From: an uncultured Bacillota bacterium | GTDB lineage: Bacteria; Sysuimicrobiota; Sysuimicrobiia; Sysuimicrobiales; Segetimicrobiaceae | Length of the DNA stretch: 64,000 nt | Reading direction: 5' to 3' | Assembly (NCBI GenBank): GCA_963804645.1 | Contig: CAWDRG010000013.1 | Location: 30,314-94,313, forward strand | Part shown: positions 1 through 10,516 of the stretch, one piece after another | Layout: every line of letters begins with the position of its first letter | How positions within the stretch are numbered: the stretch's first letter is position 1 | Position numbers and translations under genes: made by a program | Notes under the pieces: generated by a model | The model's database searches: none | What the model was told of the DNA's origin: nothing | What the model saw: the letters and a program-made list of their open reading frames with translations, nothing else

Positions 1-672
1 CACGTGGCGGAACAGCACGCGGCGCGCCTGCAAGCCCTTGCCGTGCGCCGTGCGGACATAATCCTCCAGCAGCACTTGGCCGACGCTGGAGCGCGCGATT
101 CGCGCGATGAACGCGAGCGGGGCGATCGACAGCACCGCGACCGGCAGCACGTAATTTTGGGGCAGCCCCCACCCCGCGACCGGCAGCACTGGCCACCGCA
201 GCGCGAACAGGTACACAAACACGGCCGCGCTCACGAAGCTCGGGACGGACAGCCCGAGCACCACCCCGACCTGGATTGCGTGGTCGACCAGCGGCCAGCG
301 CGTCGTCGACGCCGCGATGCCGAGCAGCGTCCCGGCGATCGCGGCGACGAGCACCGCGAGGGTGGCGAGGCGCAGGCTGATCGGCAGCGCGTGCCCCACG
401 AGATCGCTCACCTGCAGGCTGGGATTGACGTAGGACGTGCCGAAGTCGAGGTGCGCCAGCCCGGCCACGTACCGTCCGAACTGCACCGCGAGCGGACGGT
501 CCAGCCCGAGCTGGTGGCGGAGCACCGCGGCCGTACCGGGGTTGTACCGGTCTCCCAGCATCGTCTCCACCGGGTCGCCGGGGGCGAGATGGCCGGCGAG
601 AAAGATCAGCAGCGCCGCGCCGAGGAACAGCGGGATCGCCAGGCCGATGCGGTACGCGACATACCGGAGCAT
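1..672 (-). CDS. Peptide/nickel ABC transporter permease (OppB/DppB-like), runs off the window edge
   Basis: Manual translation from ATG at 672 gives MLRYVAYRIGLAIPLFLGAALLIFLAGHLAPGDPVETMLG..., the typical PGDP N-terminus. It follows the substrate-binding gene and is absent from the ORF track because it has no stop in the window. Confidence 0.9.
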   Translation of the reverse strand, partial: MLRYVAYRIGLAIPLFLGAALLIFLAGHLAPGDPVETMLGDRYNPGTAAVLRHQLGLDRPLAVQFGRYVAGLAHLDFGTSYVNPSLQVSDLVGHALPISLRLATLAVLVAAIAGTLLGIAASTTRWPLVDHAIQVGVVLGLSVPSFVSAAVFVYLFALRWPVLPVAGWGLPQNYVLPVAVLSIAPLAFIARIARSSVGQVLLEDYVRTAHGKGLQARRVLFRHV

Positions 673-687
673 GCGGGGGTCGGGCCG

Positions 688-717
688 CGGCGGCCGGGGC
701 GGGTGCCCCGGCCGCCG
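688..717 (-). terminator. Intercistronic 13-bp GC hairpin after the ABC substrate-binding gene (stabiliser or partial terminator)
   Basis: CGGCGGCCGGGGC-gggt-GCCCCGGCCGCCG perfect stem immediately downstream of the stop at 724. Confidence 0.65.
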
Positions 718-723
718 GGCGGG

Positions 724-2320
724 TTACTTGACGATGGTCACCTTCGTGAACGGCAGCCAGCCGTTGACGGCGGGCGAGGTCTGCAGGCCCTGGACGTAGG
801 GCTTCTTCAGATAGGCGAAGTTCGAAAAGAACATCGGGACCATCGGCGCGTCGGTCACCGCGAGCGCCTCCGCCTGGTGGTACAGGGCGGTCCGCTGCGC
901 CTCGGTCGGCGCGGCGTTCGCCTGGTCGACCAGCTTGTCAAATTCCGGGCTCATGTAGTTCACCCGGTCGATCGGCGACTTGCTGTACAGGAGCGCGTCC
1001 AGGTAGTCGCTGTAGTCGAGGTAGTCCGCGGCCCACCCGGTCATGAACGACTGGTACACCGTGCGCTTGTTCAGGTTGGCGATGAAGTTCGAGAACTCGG
1101 TGCGCTGCAGCTGCACGTCGACGCCGAGGTTCTGCTTGAGCATCGCCGCGACCGGCTCCGCCTCCATCTGCGCCACCGGACCGAACGGGTTCATCGCGAT
1201 CTGCAGCGGCGGAAGCTTGCCCGGTGACGCCCGCCTCGTCCAGGAGCTTCTTCGCCCCCGCGGGGTCGTACGGCAGCCCCTTGTACCCCTGATAGAAGCC
1301 CGGGATCCCGGGCGGCACGATCGCGTTCGCCGGCGTGTAGAACCCGAAGAAGACCGTCTGGGCGATCTTCGCCTTGTCGATCGCCATCGCAAAGGCGCGC
1401 CGCACCCGGACGTCCTGGAACGGCGGGTACGCGCGCGGGTTGAGGCCGAGGAACAGCACCTGGGCGCGCGTGTAGACGAGCAGCTGCTGCTTCAGCGTCG
1501 GGTCCGTGCTGATCCGCTGGAAGTCGCCGAGCGGCACCGGGACGAAGTCGAGTTGGCCGGACAGGTACTCGGACAGCTGCGTGCTGCTGTCGACCACGAT
1601 CGGTACGTCCACGCCCGCGATCTTCGGCGCGCCCTGATAGTACTTCGGGAAGCTCATCAGCGTGATGTGGTCGTTGTGCGCCCACTCCTTGAACACAAAC
1701 GGGCCCGACCCGGCGTCCTGGGTCGCAAACCAGCTGGTGCCGCCCCGCTCGATGACGTTCCGGTCGGCGACCACGGCGGCATAGTAGGCGAGCCGGTTGA
1801 GGAAGCCCCCGCGCCGGTCCGGGTTGAGCGTGATGACCAGGGTGAGCGGATCCGGTGCGGCGATGCCCGCGATGCCGGGCGCGCCCGCCGCGTACGCGTC
1901 GTAGCCCTGAATCCCGGTGACGACGAAGTCCCCGACCGGCGGCTTCAGCGCCGGGCTGCTCATGCGCTCGAACGACCACTTCCAGTCCGCCGCGGCGACC
2001 TTCCGGCCGCTGTGGAAGTACATGTTGTCGCGCAGATGGAACGTGTAGATGAGGCCGTTGGGAGAAATGTCCCAGCTCCTGGCGGCCGCCGGCAGGAGCT
2101 TGCCGGTGCTGTCGAGCGAGACCAGCGTATCGTACATCAGGAAGACGATCGGCGCGGACGACGAGTCGATCGCGAAGTACGGATCGAGCGTCGGCGGCTC
2201 CCCGCCGAGCGGCGTCCGGAACGTCGGCGGCGCCTGGCCGAGGGCGGACCCCGCCCAGGGGCCGACGGCCACCGCCACCACCAGCGCAAGACACATCCCC
2301 GTGCACAGCCGTCGGATCAT
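724..2320 (-). CDS. Peptide ABC transporter substrate-binding protein (family 5), split by a 1-nt frameshift at about 1220-1222
   Basis: Signal peptide, EPPTLDP, WDISPNGLIYTFHLR, GSGPF and YDPAGAKKLLDEAG motifs in ORF 938-2320. The C-terminus (GWAADYLD...) is in ORF 724-1392. Removing one C from CCC at 1220-1222 gives ...EAGVTGKLPPLQ... Confidence 0.9.
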
Positions 2321-2404
2321 GGGACCCCTCCCCTGCGTCGCGTATCCCGTGAAGGTTCGAATCGCGCGGCCCCGGTCCCTGCCGCACCGGGCGTCGACTC
2401 GCGC

Positions 2405-3628
2405 TTACGTGGTCCAGGTCACAATCGGCGAGTTCGTCAGCCGCTCGCACCCCGTGTCGGTGATCACGAGCGTGTCCTCGACGACCCCGGTCCCGAGACC
2501 CTCCATGACGACCATCGGCTCGTACGCCACAGTCATCCGGGGACGCAGGACCGTCGTGCTGCCGGCGTACAGACCCGGGACCTCGATCACCGACATCCCG
2601 ATGCCGTGCCCAAACCCGCCGGCACAGTAGTAGGGCTCATACGGGGTCCCCGCGACGACCCGGAGCAGCCCGCGGGAGACGTCATCGATCGTGGCGCCCG
2701 GCCGGACATGCTCGAGGCCGGCGTGGTACAGCGCCAGCCCGATCTCGAGCAGCGCGCGCGGCGCGCCCGCGGCCCGGCCCACGGCGGTGCACCGGCTCGT
2801 GTCGGTGCAGTATCCGCCGAACGCGGCGCCGAGATCGAGAAACACCAACTCCCCGTCGCGCAGCGCCCGCCGGCGCGGCACGCCGTGCTTCAATCCCGCC
2901 TGGGCGCCTCCGACGACGCACGTCGCGAAGGCCTCCCGGGCGCCGCGCGCGTGCAGCTGCTCAACGGCCCCGGCGGCCACCACGGTCTCCTCCACCCCCG
3001 CCGCCACCCGGCCGAGCGCGGCGGTCATGGCCTCGTCGGCGATCGCGCCCCCCTGCCGCATCACCGCGATCTCCTCGTCGCTCTTCTCGACGCGCACGAC
3101 CGCGAGCACGTCGTCCGCCGCGACGAGCGACGGCAGGCGCGAGGTGAGCGCGGCGTAGATCGGGTGCGGCACGATCGACGTCCCGACGAGACCCACGGGC
3201 CGGGCCGCGCCCACGGCGTCGGCCGCGAGCAGCGCGACCTGATCGGCGACGCCGCCGTAGACGGGGCCGAGCGCGATGCGCACGTCCGGGACCCGGCACA
3301 TCCAGATCATGGAGTGCATCGGCTCGCCGTGCAGGATGGAGTCGGTGGCCAGGATCACGCGGCCGTCGGCGTGGACCACCGCGAACGCGCTCCCGAACAC
3401 GGGCGCGAAGTTCGTCAGGTAGGTGACGGCCGAGGGCGCCCCCGCGCTCCCATACACGACGAGCGCCCCGAGGCCGGCGCGCGCCATCGCCCGGCAGACC
3501 GCCCCCACGCGGCGGTCGTACTCCGCGTCGGAAAACGGCTGGACCAGATACGGCCGGCGCGCCTCCAAATCATACGCCACCCGCGGCTGATAGGTGCTGC
3601 CCTCGTGGGCCGGCGTGGGGGCCGTCAT
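2405..3628 (-). CDS. M24 (Xaa-Pro peptidase/creatinase fold) family protein
   Basis: FLDLG..GYCTDTSR, GHGIG, EPM and VVEDT metal-ligand motifs; ATG at 3628 overlaps the upstream stop (ATGA). Confidence 0.88.
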   Translation of the reverse strand: MTAPTPAHEGSTYQPRVAYDLEARRPYLVQPFSDAEYDRRVGAVCRAMARAGLGALVVYGSAGAPSAVTYLTNFAPVFGSAFAVVHADGRVILATDSILHGEPMHSMIWMCRVPDVRIALGPVYGGVADQVALLAADAVGAARPVGLVGTSIVPHPIYAALTSRLPSLVAADDVLAVVRVEKSDEEIAVMRQGGAIADEAMTAALGRVAAGVEETVVAAGAVEQLHARGAREAFATCVVGGAQAGLKHGVPRRRALRDGELVFLDLGAAFGGYCTDTSRCTAVGRAAGAPRALLEIGLALYHAGLEHVRPGATIDDVSRGLLRVVAGTPYEPYYCAGGFGHGIGMSVIEVPGLYAGSTTVLRPRMTVAYEPMVVMEGLGTGVVEDTLVITDTGCERLTNSPIVTWTT

Positions 3629-4413
3629 TGGGCGGCCCCGCCGAGGTGGCGTGCGAGAAACGGCAGCACCACGGGCGCCCACAGGTGCGGCGCGTGCACC
3701 CAGATCTGGTGCGCTTCGCGCTCGTCGGCGCCGAACGGCGGGAACAGGTGCCGCTCGCACGTCCCACCGGCCGAGCGGAGCCGCTCGAGGAGCGCCGCCG
3801 AGGGCGTGAGATCGAAGTCGTTCTTCGCCTGCAGGAGCAGCACGGGACATTGGATCTTCGCCGCGTACTCGAGGAGAAACGGCCGCAAGCCCGGGACGGG
3901 TCCCCAGCTCATCGCCGCGGCGGCAAACGACACGCACGCGCGGACGGCAGGGTCGCGGGCGGCGGCGAGCAGCGAGTTGATCCCGCCGTACGACGAGCCC
4001 ATGACCGCGGTCCGCGCCGGGTCCACCTCCGGCATCGCGCGCACGCACCGCAGGGCCGCGAGCACGTCGTCGCTTTCCGCGAGCAGGCGCGCGCACACCT
4101 GCGCGTCGTGGTCGGGCGTGCCGGTGGGGGCCGTCACCTCGTCGAGGCGGGACGGGCCCGGGGCGCCGGCGTATCCCCGCCGCCGCGCCACCAGCACCAG
4201 ATAGCCGGCGGCGGTCAGCACCTCGGCGACGCCGGGCTTCGTGTCTTGCTCCAGCCCGCTGCCGTGGTTGAGCACGACCGCCGGGAACGGCCCCCGTCCG
4301 CGGGGACGGTACCGGTGCGCCGGCAGCTCGCGGCCGCCGCTCGGATATGTGAGCGGCTCGGCCGGGTGCGGTCCGGCGTGCGAAGTCTGGGAGTCCGGCA
4401 CGGCCGCTACCAT
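3625..4413 (-). CDS. Dienelactone-hydrolase-like alpha/beta hydrolase
   Basis: PAVVLNHGSG, nucleophile elbow MGSSYGG, PVLLLQAKND, C-terminal His (EAHQ). Confidence 0.85.
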   Translation of the reverse strand: MVAAVPDSQTSHAGPHPAEPLTYPSGGRELPAHRYRPRGRGPFPAVVLNHGSGLEQDTKPGVAEVLTAAGYLVLVARRRGYAGAPGPSRLDEVTAPTGTPDHDAQVCARLLAESDDVLAALRCVRAMPEVDPARTAVMGSSYGGINSLLAAARDPAVRACVSFAAAAMSWGPVPGLRPFLLEYAAKIQCPVLLLQAKNDFDLTPSAALLERLRSAGGTCERHLFPPFGADEREAHQIWVHAPHLWAPVVLPFLARHLGGAAQ

Positions 4414-5621
4414 ACGCGCAGCGGACAGCCCGAGAGGGCCTCCGCGCCGTCCTCCGTAATCAGCACCGTCTCCTCGATGCACGCGGTGCCGAAGTGGGTC
4501 CGCACCAGCATCGGCTCGAGCGCGAACGTGTTCCCGGGCTCGAGGATCGAGGTCGTGGTCGGCCGCAGCGACGGCAGTTCGAACAGCGAGCATCCCAAGC
4601 CGTGCCCGAACCCCTTCGGCATGTAGTCCGCCTCGTAGCCCTCGCGCTCCGCGATCTCGCGCGCCGCCGCGATCAGGTCCTGCACCGGGACGCCGGGACC
4701 GGCCTTGGCAAACGCCGCCTCGTACATCGCCAGCCCGGTGTCGAGGAACCGCCGCTGCTCGTCGCTCGGCGTCCCGACGACCGTGCTGCGCGACACGTCC
4801 GCGAAGTAGCCCGCATACATCGCGGCCATATCGAGGAACACCATATCCCCGGACTCCATGACGCGGTCGCTCGGCGCGCAGTGCTTGAGGCCGGCGCGCG
4901 GCCCGGTCGCCACCGCGCTGTCGAACGCCAGCGCATCCGCCCCTTCTTTAAAGGCGGCGGCGTGCGCGGCGGCCGCGACGTCGCGCTCGCGCGCCCCGGG
5001 GGACAGCGCGGCAAGGGCCGCCTCGTGCATGCGGCCGGAGATCCACGCGGCCCGCCGCATCGCCTCGATCTCCGGCGCCGACTTCTTCGCCCGAACGGCG
5101 AACAAGAGATCGTCCGCCGGCACCCACGCAACGCGCGGCAGCCGCTCGCGCAGGTCTTCCATGAACCGGTACGGCAGGATCGGGCCTCCGGCGATCCCCA
5201 CGCGCCCGCGGTCTGCCCGCGCCTCCTGCAGCCGGTCGGCGGTGTGCCCCGAGACGCTCGTCTCGAGCGTCTTCGCCATGCCGGGACGCTCCGCGGGACG
5301 CGCGTCGTCCAGCCAGGTCGCCCAGATCGACGTGTGCATGGGCTCTCCGTGCATCAGCCAGTTGGTCGACAGCATCGGCGCCCCGTCGACGGGTACGACC
5401 ACCACCGTATCGCCGGGGCCGGCTTCGAAGTTCGACAGGTACCGGACGTGCCCGGGATCGCCCCGATTCGAAAACGCGACAAGCGCGCTGAGGCGCTCCA
5501 CCCGAAGCTTCGCCTGCACCGCCACGATCCGGCGCTCATACTCCTCCCGAGGAAACGGCAGGTTCGTCCAGGGACGCCGCTCCTCGAGACCGTACGCCAC
5601 TTTGGCCTGATACGTCGCCAT
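4407..5621 (-). CDS. M24 (Xaa-Pro peptidase/creatinase fold) family protein, paralog of 2405-3628
   Basis: GGAGG SD before the ATG; KSAPEIEAMRRA, FLDMA..GYFADVSR, GHGLG, LEPM and CIEET motifs. Confidence 0.88.
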   Translation of the reverse strand: MATYQAKVAYGLEERRPWTNLPFPREEYERRIVAVQAKLRVERLSALVAFSNRGDPGHVRYLSNFEAGPGDTVVVVPVDGAPMLSTNWLMHGEPMHTSIWATWLDDARPAERPGMAKTLETSVSGHTADRLQEARADRGRVGIAGGPILPYRFMEDLRERLPRVAWVPADDLLFAVRAKKSAPEIEAMRRAAWISGRMHEAALAALSPGARERDVAAAAHAAAFKEGADALAFDSAVATGPRAGLKHCAPSDRVMESGDMVFLDMAAMYAGYFADVSRSTVVGTPSDEQRRFLDTGLAMYEAAFAKAGPGVPVQDLIAAAREIAEREGYEADYMPKGFGHGLGCSLFELPSLRPTTTSILEPGNTFALEPMLVRTHFGTACIEETVLITEDGAEALSGCPLRVW

Positions 5622-5891
5622 GGGTTCCCTCCAGGACGTGACCGTCGGTCGTATTCTGTTCCGCCCCGCCGGAGGCCGTCCCTGTTTCGCGGGACAGACG
5701 GCGCCGCCGGAGGGGCACGGCGGGAAGGCAAGCATCTCCAGAGAGGGCGCGCGGCGAGACCTCGATCCGCCCGGCACACACGATCGGTGCGCCGCGTGAC
5801 GGCAACGGAAGGCTCGCTGGCCGGTCCGGAGCGGTTCCGGCGCCGCGCTGGACAACACAGCGGGGAGCCGCGCGGGCGCGCGGCCCGTGCG

Positions 5892-6464
5892 CTAGATCCT
5901 GCGGACCCCACCGACCGTCGTCGCGGCCGGCGGCATCGGGGACTTCGAGGTGCGGCGGACCGGTTGGATCTCGACCGGGTCGGTCTCGATGACGTACGTG
6001 CCGAGAATCTTGTCGTGCCAAGCTTGGTGGTTGTCGTCGAAGAGCGCCCACACGAACCCGAACCCGAGGACCGCCGCCGACAGCACCTTGGCAAACCACT
6101 CGCGAATTATCATCGTGAAGAAACTGGCAGGATGGCCGGTGTCATCGATGACCTGCAGCTTGAACAGGCGCTTGCCGGGGCTCGCGCCGTCGGACAGCAG
6201 GAGCAGCCACCACGCCAAATAGGCCAGCAGCACGAGCGCCGCACCGCCGGCCACCATGGACGGGACCTGCACGTTCCCGACCGTGACCTCGCCGGCCGCG
6301 ATGACGATGCCCCAGTCGACGATGGTCGCCGCCAACCTGCGTGCCGGGCTCGCGCTGCGTCCGAGCGACACGTTGGCCAGGAAGCTTCGACAGCGAGGAC
6401 AGAAGCGGCCGCCAGCCTCCACCGTCGCGTGACAGGCCGGGCACTCCATCATGACCTTCGCCAT
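5892..6464 (-). CDS. RDD family membrane protein with N-terminal zinc ribbon
   Basis: CPAC...FCPRC ribbon; RRLAATIVD, SPGKRLFKLQV and QAWHDKILGTYVI RDD motifs. Confidence 0.88.
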   Translation of the reverse strand: MAKVMMECPACHATVEAGGRFCPRCRSFLANVSLGRSASPARRLAATIVDWGIVIAAGEVTVGNVQVPSMVAGGAALVLLAYLAWWLLLLSDGASPGKRLFKLQVIDDTGHPASFFTMIIREWFAKVLSAAVLGFGFVWALFDDNHQAWHDKILGTYVIETDPVEIQPVRRTSKSPMPPAATTVGGVRRI

Positions 6465-6609
6465 CCGCGCCCCCCTCGCACCGGAGTGCGAGTCGCCGCC
6501 TCCCGGCCCAGACGCCGGAATTCCGGCTCCCTCAATATCTACGCCGCGGAGGTCCTACCTCCTGTTACATTGGCCCGGCGGGGGCGCCGAGGCACCAGCG
6601 GTGACCCGC

Positions 6610-7233
6610 CTACGGCGAGGAGCCGCCGCCGGTCACGGCCGCGAGCGTCGGCGCCACGGTGGGGGCCAGCGCCTGGTGCAGCACCTGCTGCATCACCAGC
6701 CCGAGCATGATCCCCTCCCCAAGCGCGGTTCCCTTCGTCTGCCAGACGAGCCGGCCCAGGGCCGCGTCGAAGACCTGCACGACTAAGTTGACCGTGCCGA
6801 GATACTGCCCGCCTGGCGGCGATGCATCGTCCATGGGGCTGAACGAGAAGAGCGTGATCCATCCAACCACCAGGCGGTCCGCGCCGACACGCTGGGCCAG
6901 TGCTCCGAGGCGTGAAAAATTCAACGCGTCGCTGCCGCGCCACCGCAGCGCGGCCTCCGCGGCCGAGACCTGCCCTCGGGGCACCACCGTGATCCGTCCC
7001 TCCCCGGCGCGGGCGAGCGCCGCCGAGAGGTCGTCCGCGGAAAACCGCTCGGGCACGACACCCAAGGCGCCGTCGATAGGCTGGGGCGCATAGAAGTCCA
7101 CGACGCCGACCACGGGCACGGCGGCGGCCTGCGCCGCCCGGCCGCGGGGCGCCACTCCCGCGCCGGCGAGCAGCATCCCGACCAGCGCACCGAGCGCCCA
7201 CGCACATCTCACCCGGGTTGTCCATCGCGGCAT
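6610..7233 (-). CDS. Exported hypothetical protein (CsgG/TolB-N-like alpha/beta domain by pattern)
   Basis: AAGGAGG SD, signal peptide, VGVVDF...LGALAQRVGADRLVVGWI...VQVFDAALGRLVW pattern. Confidence 0.65.
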   Translation of the reverse strand: MPRWTTRVRCAWALGALVGMLLAGAGVAPRGRAAQAAAVPVVGVVDFYAPQPIDGALGVVPERFSADDLSAALARAGEGRITVVPRGQVSAAEAALRWRGSDALNFSRLGALAQRVGADRLVVGWITLFSFSPMDDASPPGGQYLGTVNLVVQVFDAALGRLVWQTKGTALGEGIMLGLVMQQVLHQALAPTVAPTLAAVTGGGSSP

Positions 7234-7402
7234 GTCCGCGTCCTCCTTGAACGGTGCGCAGACGAACACCGTCCCCACAACATTATCCCACCGGGAGGGG
7301 GCACGATGTGTGCCGGGTGCGGGCGATCCCGTCCAGGCAGGCGTCCGCCCGGGAGCCGCGGAACCTCCGGGAAAGCCCGCACGCCGATCGCGGAGGGTCC
7401 GC

Positions 7403-7936
7403 ATGGAACACGCTGGCAGGATCACGGTGTTCGGCTCCTCCCGGGCGGCCCCGGACGACACGGTGTATCGGGACGCGCGCCGCCTCGGGCGCCTGCTGGC
7501 CGAGGCCGGGTACGCGGTGTGCTCCGGCGGATACGCGGGGGTGATGGAAGCGGTCAGCCTCGGCGCCGCGGAGGGCGGCGGGACCGCGATCGGGGTCACG
7601 GTCGCGTCGTGGGCCGCCCAGGTCAGGCCGAACCCCTGGCTCACGAGCGAGATCGCGACCGCCGATCTGTTCGACCGGCTGGCCCGGCTGATCGCGAGCG
7701 ACGCGTACGTCGCAATGCCGGGCGGCCCCGGCACGCTCGGAGAGGTCGCGCTCACCTGGAACCTCTTTCAGACCCACTCGATACCAGTCCGGCCCCTGAT
7801 CCTCGTCGGACCCGAGTGGCGGCGCGGGCTTGCGCAGTTGGCGGAGAACTTCCGGATCACACCGTCCGACCTGGCCTTCCTGCGCACCGTGGACTCCGTC
7901 GACGAGGTCCTGCCGGCGATCCGTGCGCCTCGATAG
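7403..7936 (+). CDS. LOG family nucleotide-binding protein (phosphoribohydrolase-like)
   Basis: ITVFGSS, SGGYAGVMEAVSLGA and MPGGPGTLGE (PGGxGTxxE) motifs; GGAGGG SD. Confidence 0.9.
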   Translation: MEHAGRITVFGSSRAAPDDTVYRDARRLGRLLAEAGYAVCSGGYAGVMEAVSLGAAEGGGTAIGVTVASWAAQVRPNPWLTSEIATADLFDRLARLIASDAYVAMPGGPGTLGEVALTWNLFQTHSIPVRPLILVGPEWRRGLAQLAENFRITPSDLAFLRTVDSVDEVLPAIRAPR

Positions 7937-8040
7937 ACCGCGGCGCGGGCGCACCTCGAGCGCACGTGTCGCTGCCGGATTGGCGTGTCCCGCGACCACG
8001 GCCCGCGTGGCGCCCCGCCGTGCCGGGGCGCAGACGTGCG

Positions 8041-8799
8041 TCACATCTTGAAGACGGACCAGCCGCCGTCGATGCGGATTTCCTGGCCGGTGATATAGGC
8101 GGCCGCCGGAGACGCCAAGTACACGGCCAGCCGTGCGACCTCGACGGGATCCCCCATGCGTGCCTGCGGAATCTCGCTCAGCACCGCCTCGCGCTTGAGG
8201 TGCCCCATGCGCAGCGCGTGCGTCCACATCGCGGTCGCGAACATCCCGGGCGCGATCGCCACCACCCGCACGTTGTGCGGCGCCCATTCGACGGCGAGAC
8301 TGCGCGTGACGGCCGCCACCCCGGCCTTGCTCGCCGAGTACGGCATCCGGCGAGGCCACGCAAACTCGGACGCGACGGACGAGATGTTGATGATCACCCC
8401 GCCCCCGTGCCCCACCATGTGGCGCCCCGCGGCGAGGCACCAGTATACGGTCCCGTGCAGATTGACGTTGAGCACGCGGGCGTAGTCGGCGGGCGTAAGT
8501 TCCAGCGACGGACACTGGTACTGGATCCCCGCCGCGTTGACGAGCACGTCGAGCCCGCCGTAGGTGTCGACGACGTGGCCTGCCGCCGCGGCGACCTGGT
8601 CGGAGTCCGTCACGTCGACCCGGCAGACGTGGGCACGCCCTCCCTGGCGCGTGATGGCCTCCACCGTGCTCAGGGCCGCCGCCTCGTCCACGTCGGCCAC
8701 CACGACGACGTGGCCCTGTGCAGCGAACTCGGTGGCGATGGCACCGCCCAGCCCGCCTCCCGCGCCCGTTACGACCGCCACCGCCGCTCCGTCCGCCAT
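8041..8799 (-). CDS. SDR family oxidoreductase
   Basis: TGAGGGLG, LVNAAG, YSASK, ITGQEIRIDGG. Confidence 0.92.
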   Translation of the reverse strand: MADGAAVAVVTGAGGGLGGAIATEFAAQGHVVVVADVDEAAALSTVEAITRQGGRAHVCRVDVTDSDQVAAAAGHVVDTYGGLDVLVNAAGIQYQCPSLELTPADYARVLNVNLHGTVYWCLAAGRHMVGHGGGVIINISSVASEFAWPRRMPYSASKAGVAAVTRSLAVEWAPHNVRVVAIAPGMFATAMWTHALRMGHLKREAVLSEIPQARMGDPVEVARLAVYLASPAAAYITGQEIRIDGGWSVFKM

Positions 8800-8991
8800 G
8801 CGACCCCCCCGTGTGCTGCGTCGATCGACTGTCAGTGGTGTGGGCGTGCTCGGATCGAGCGCGGCACCGTGTCCGTCACCGCGGACCCGACCGGTGTCGC
8901 GTGCTGAGGCAGCGGCACGGGATCGCCCGGGACGGGCCACCGATCGAACCCACCAGTCCGTCCACGGAGGTGACGCGCCGGGGTCTCCGGG

Positions 8992-10476
8992 TCACCGGAC
9001 GGTCGCGACGTCCCGCTCGGGCGCAACCGGGAACGGGCGCGGCCTGAGGAGCTGCGCGAAGGAAACGGGCGTCGGAAACACCTTCCATGGGTTCATCCGG
9101 CCGGCCGGGTCGAACACCACCTTGAGGCGCCGCATCGCCGCGAGGTCCGCCGCGGTGTAGATCCACGGCATGTAGTTGTTCTTCTCGAACCCGATGCCGT
9201 GCTCCCCGGAGATCGTGCCCCCGACGTCGACGCACAGCCGCAGCATCTCTTCCCCGGCACGAAGCACGCGGTCCGTCTCCCCCGGCACCCGGGCATCGAA
9301 GCCGATGATCGGGTGGAGGTTCCCATCCCCCGCATGAGACACGTTGATCATCAGGAGGTGCTCGCGCGCCGCGATCGCCTGCACGCGTCGCAGCACCTCC
9401 GGCAGCCGCGATCTCGGCACGACGGCGTCGTGGAGGTAGTAGTTGACCACGATGCGCCCGACGGTCCCGAACGCCGCCTTGCGGCCGAGCCACAACGCCT
9501 GGCGCTGCTCCTCGGTATCGGCGGCGCGCACCTCGACCGACCCGTGGGCGCGGCAGATCTCTCGCACAGCCGCGGCGGCGCCGGGCAGCGTCCCGCGCAA
9601 CCCTTCCACTTCGATCAACAGCACTGCCTCCGCGTCGCGCGGGTACCCCGCGTGCACGAAGCGCTCGATGACCTCGATCGCGTTTCGATCCATCAACTCC
9701 AACGCCACCGGTCCGATGCCCCGCCCGATGATCTCGGTGACGGCCTCGCCCGCGCGCCCGATGTCGTCGAACGCCGCCAGCAGCGTGACCACGGCCTCAC
9801 GCCGCCGCAGCAAGCGTATCCAGATCCGCGTGACGATCCCGAGCGTCCCCTCCCCGCCGACCACGAGCCCGGTAAGGTCCATGCCCGGGGCGTCCGGTCC
9901 GTCGGCCCCGACCCGGATGAGCGTCCCATCGGGCAGCGCCAGTTCGAGCCCGAGGATGTGGTGGGTGGTGACGCCGTAGGCGATTGTGTGCGGGCCGCCA
10001 GCGTTGTGGCCCACGTTGCCGCCGATGCTGCTCGCGTACTGACTGCTGGGATCCGGCGCGTAGAAGTAACCCAGGTCGGCCACCGCCCGGGTGATCTCGA
10101 TGTTCGTGACTCCCGGCTCCACAACGGCCATCCGGTTGTCGAGATCGATGTCGAGAATCCGGTTCATCCGGTTGAGCCCGACCACGATGCCGCCGAGGAT
10201 CGGCAGCGCGCCGCCGGCGATCCCCGTCCCCGCCCCCCGGGGCACGACCGGACTGCCGTGCTTCGCCGCCACCCGCAGGATCTCGCAGACCTCATCCGTG
10301 GTGCCCGGCAACACCACCAGGTCGGGGGCGGCAGTGATGTTCGACGCGTCGTACTCGTACGCCAACACGTCGCCGGCGTCGGCGAAGACATACGCCTCGC
10401 CGACCACCGCGACGAGCTCCCTCACGAGCTCGGCGCGCGACGGCATCGGGACGCGCGCGTCCGCGAGCTCCATCAC
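8992..10476 (-). CDS. FAD-linked oxidase, glycolate oxidase GlcD-like subunit
   Basis: PRGAGTG, APDPSS, GGNVGHNAGG, EGTLG, HAGDGNLHP, GEHGIG; no glcE or glcF next to it. Confidence 0.88.
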   Translation of the reverse strand: MMELADARVPMPSRAELVRELVAVVGEAYVFADAGDVLAYEYDASNITAAPDLVVLPGTTDEVCEILRVAAKHGSPVVPRGAGTGIAGGALPILGGIVVGLNRMNRILDIDLDNRMAVVEPGVTNIEITRAVADLGYFYAPDPSSQYASSIGGNVGHNAGGPHTIAYGVTTHHILGLELALPDGTLIRVGADGPDAPGMDLTGLVVGGEGTLGIVTRIWIRLLRRREAVVTLLAAFDDIGRAGEAVTEIIGRGIGPVALELMDRNAIEVIERFVHAGYPRDAEAVLLIEVEGLRGTLPGAAAAVREICRAHGSVEVRAADTEEQRQALWLGRKAAFGTVGRIVVNYYLHDAVVPRSRLPEVLRRVQAIAAREHLLMINVSHAGDGNLHPIIGFDARVPGETDRVLRAGEEMLRLCVDVGGTISGEHGIGFEKNNYMPWIYTAADLAAMRRLKVVFDPAGRMNPWKVFPTPVSFAQLLRPRPFPVAPERDVATVR

Positions 10477-10516
10477 GCGGCCCCCCCGCCCTTGGCCGTG
10501 CCGCCCCGCGCGCCCG

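Noticed and set aside
1043..4204. Very long ORFs such as 1043-4204 (+), 4-1227 (+), 14836-17925 (+), 46771-48810 (+) and 52807-55719 (+)
   Set aside because: Arg/Gly/Pro-rich antisense or off-frame shadows of clear genes, expected in DNA of this GC content; no recognisable motifs.
5622..5891. Possible riboswitch or small gene upstream of the M24 operon
   Set aside because: No recognisable aptamer consensus or credible ORF; only a SigH-like promoter pattern.
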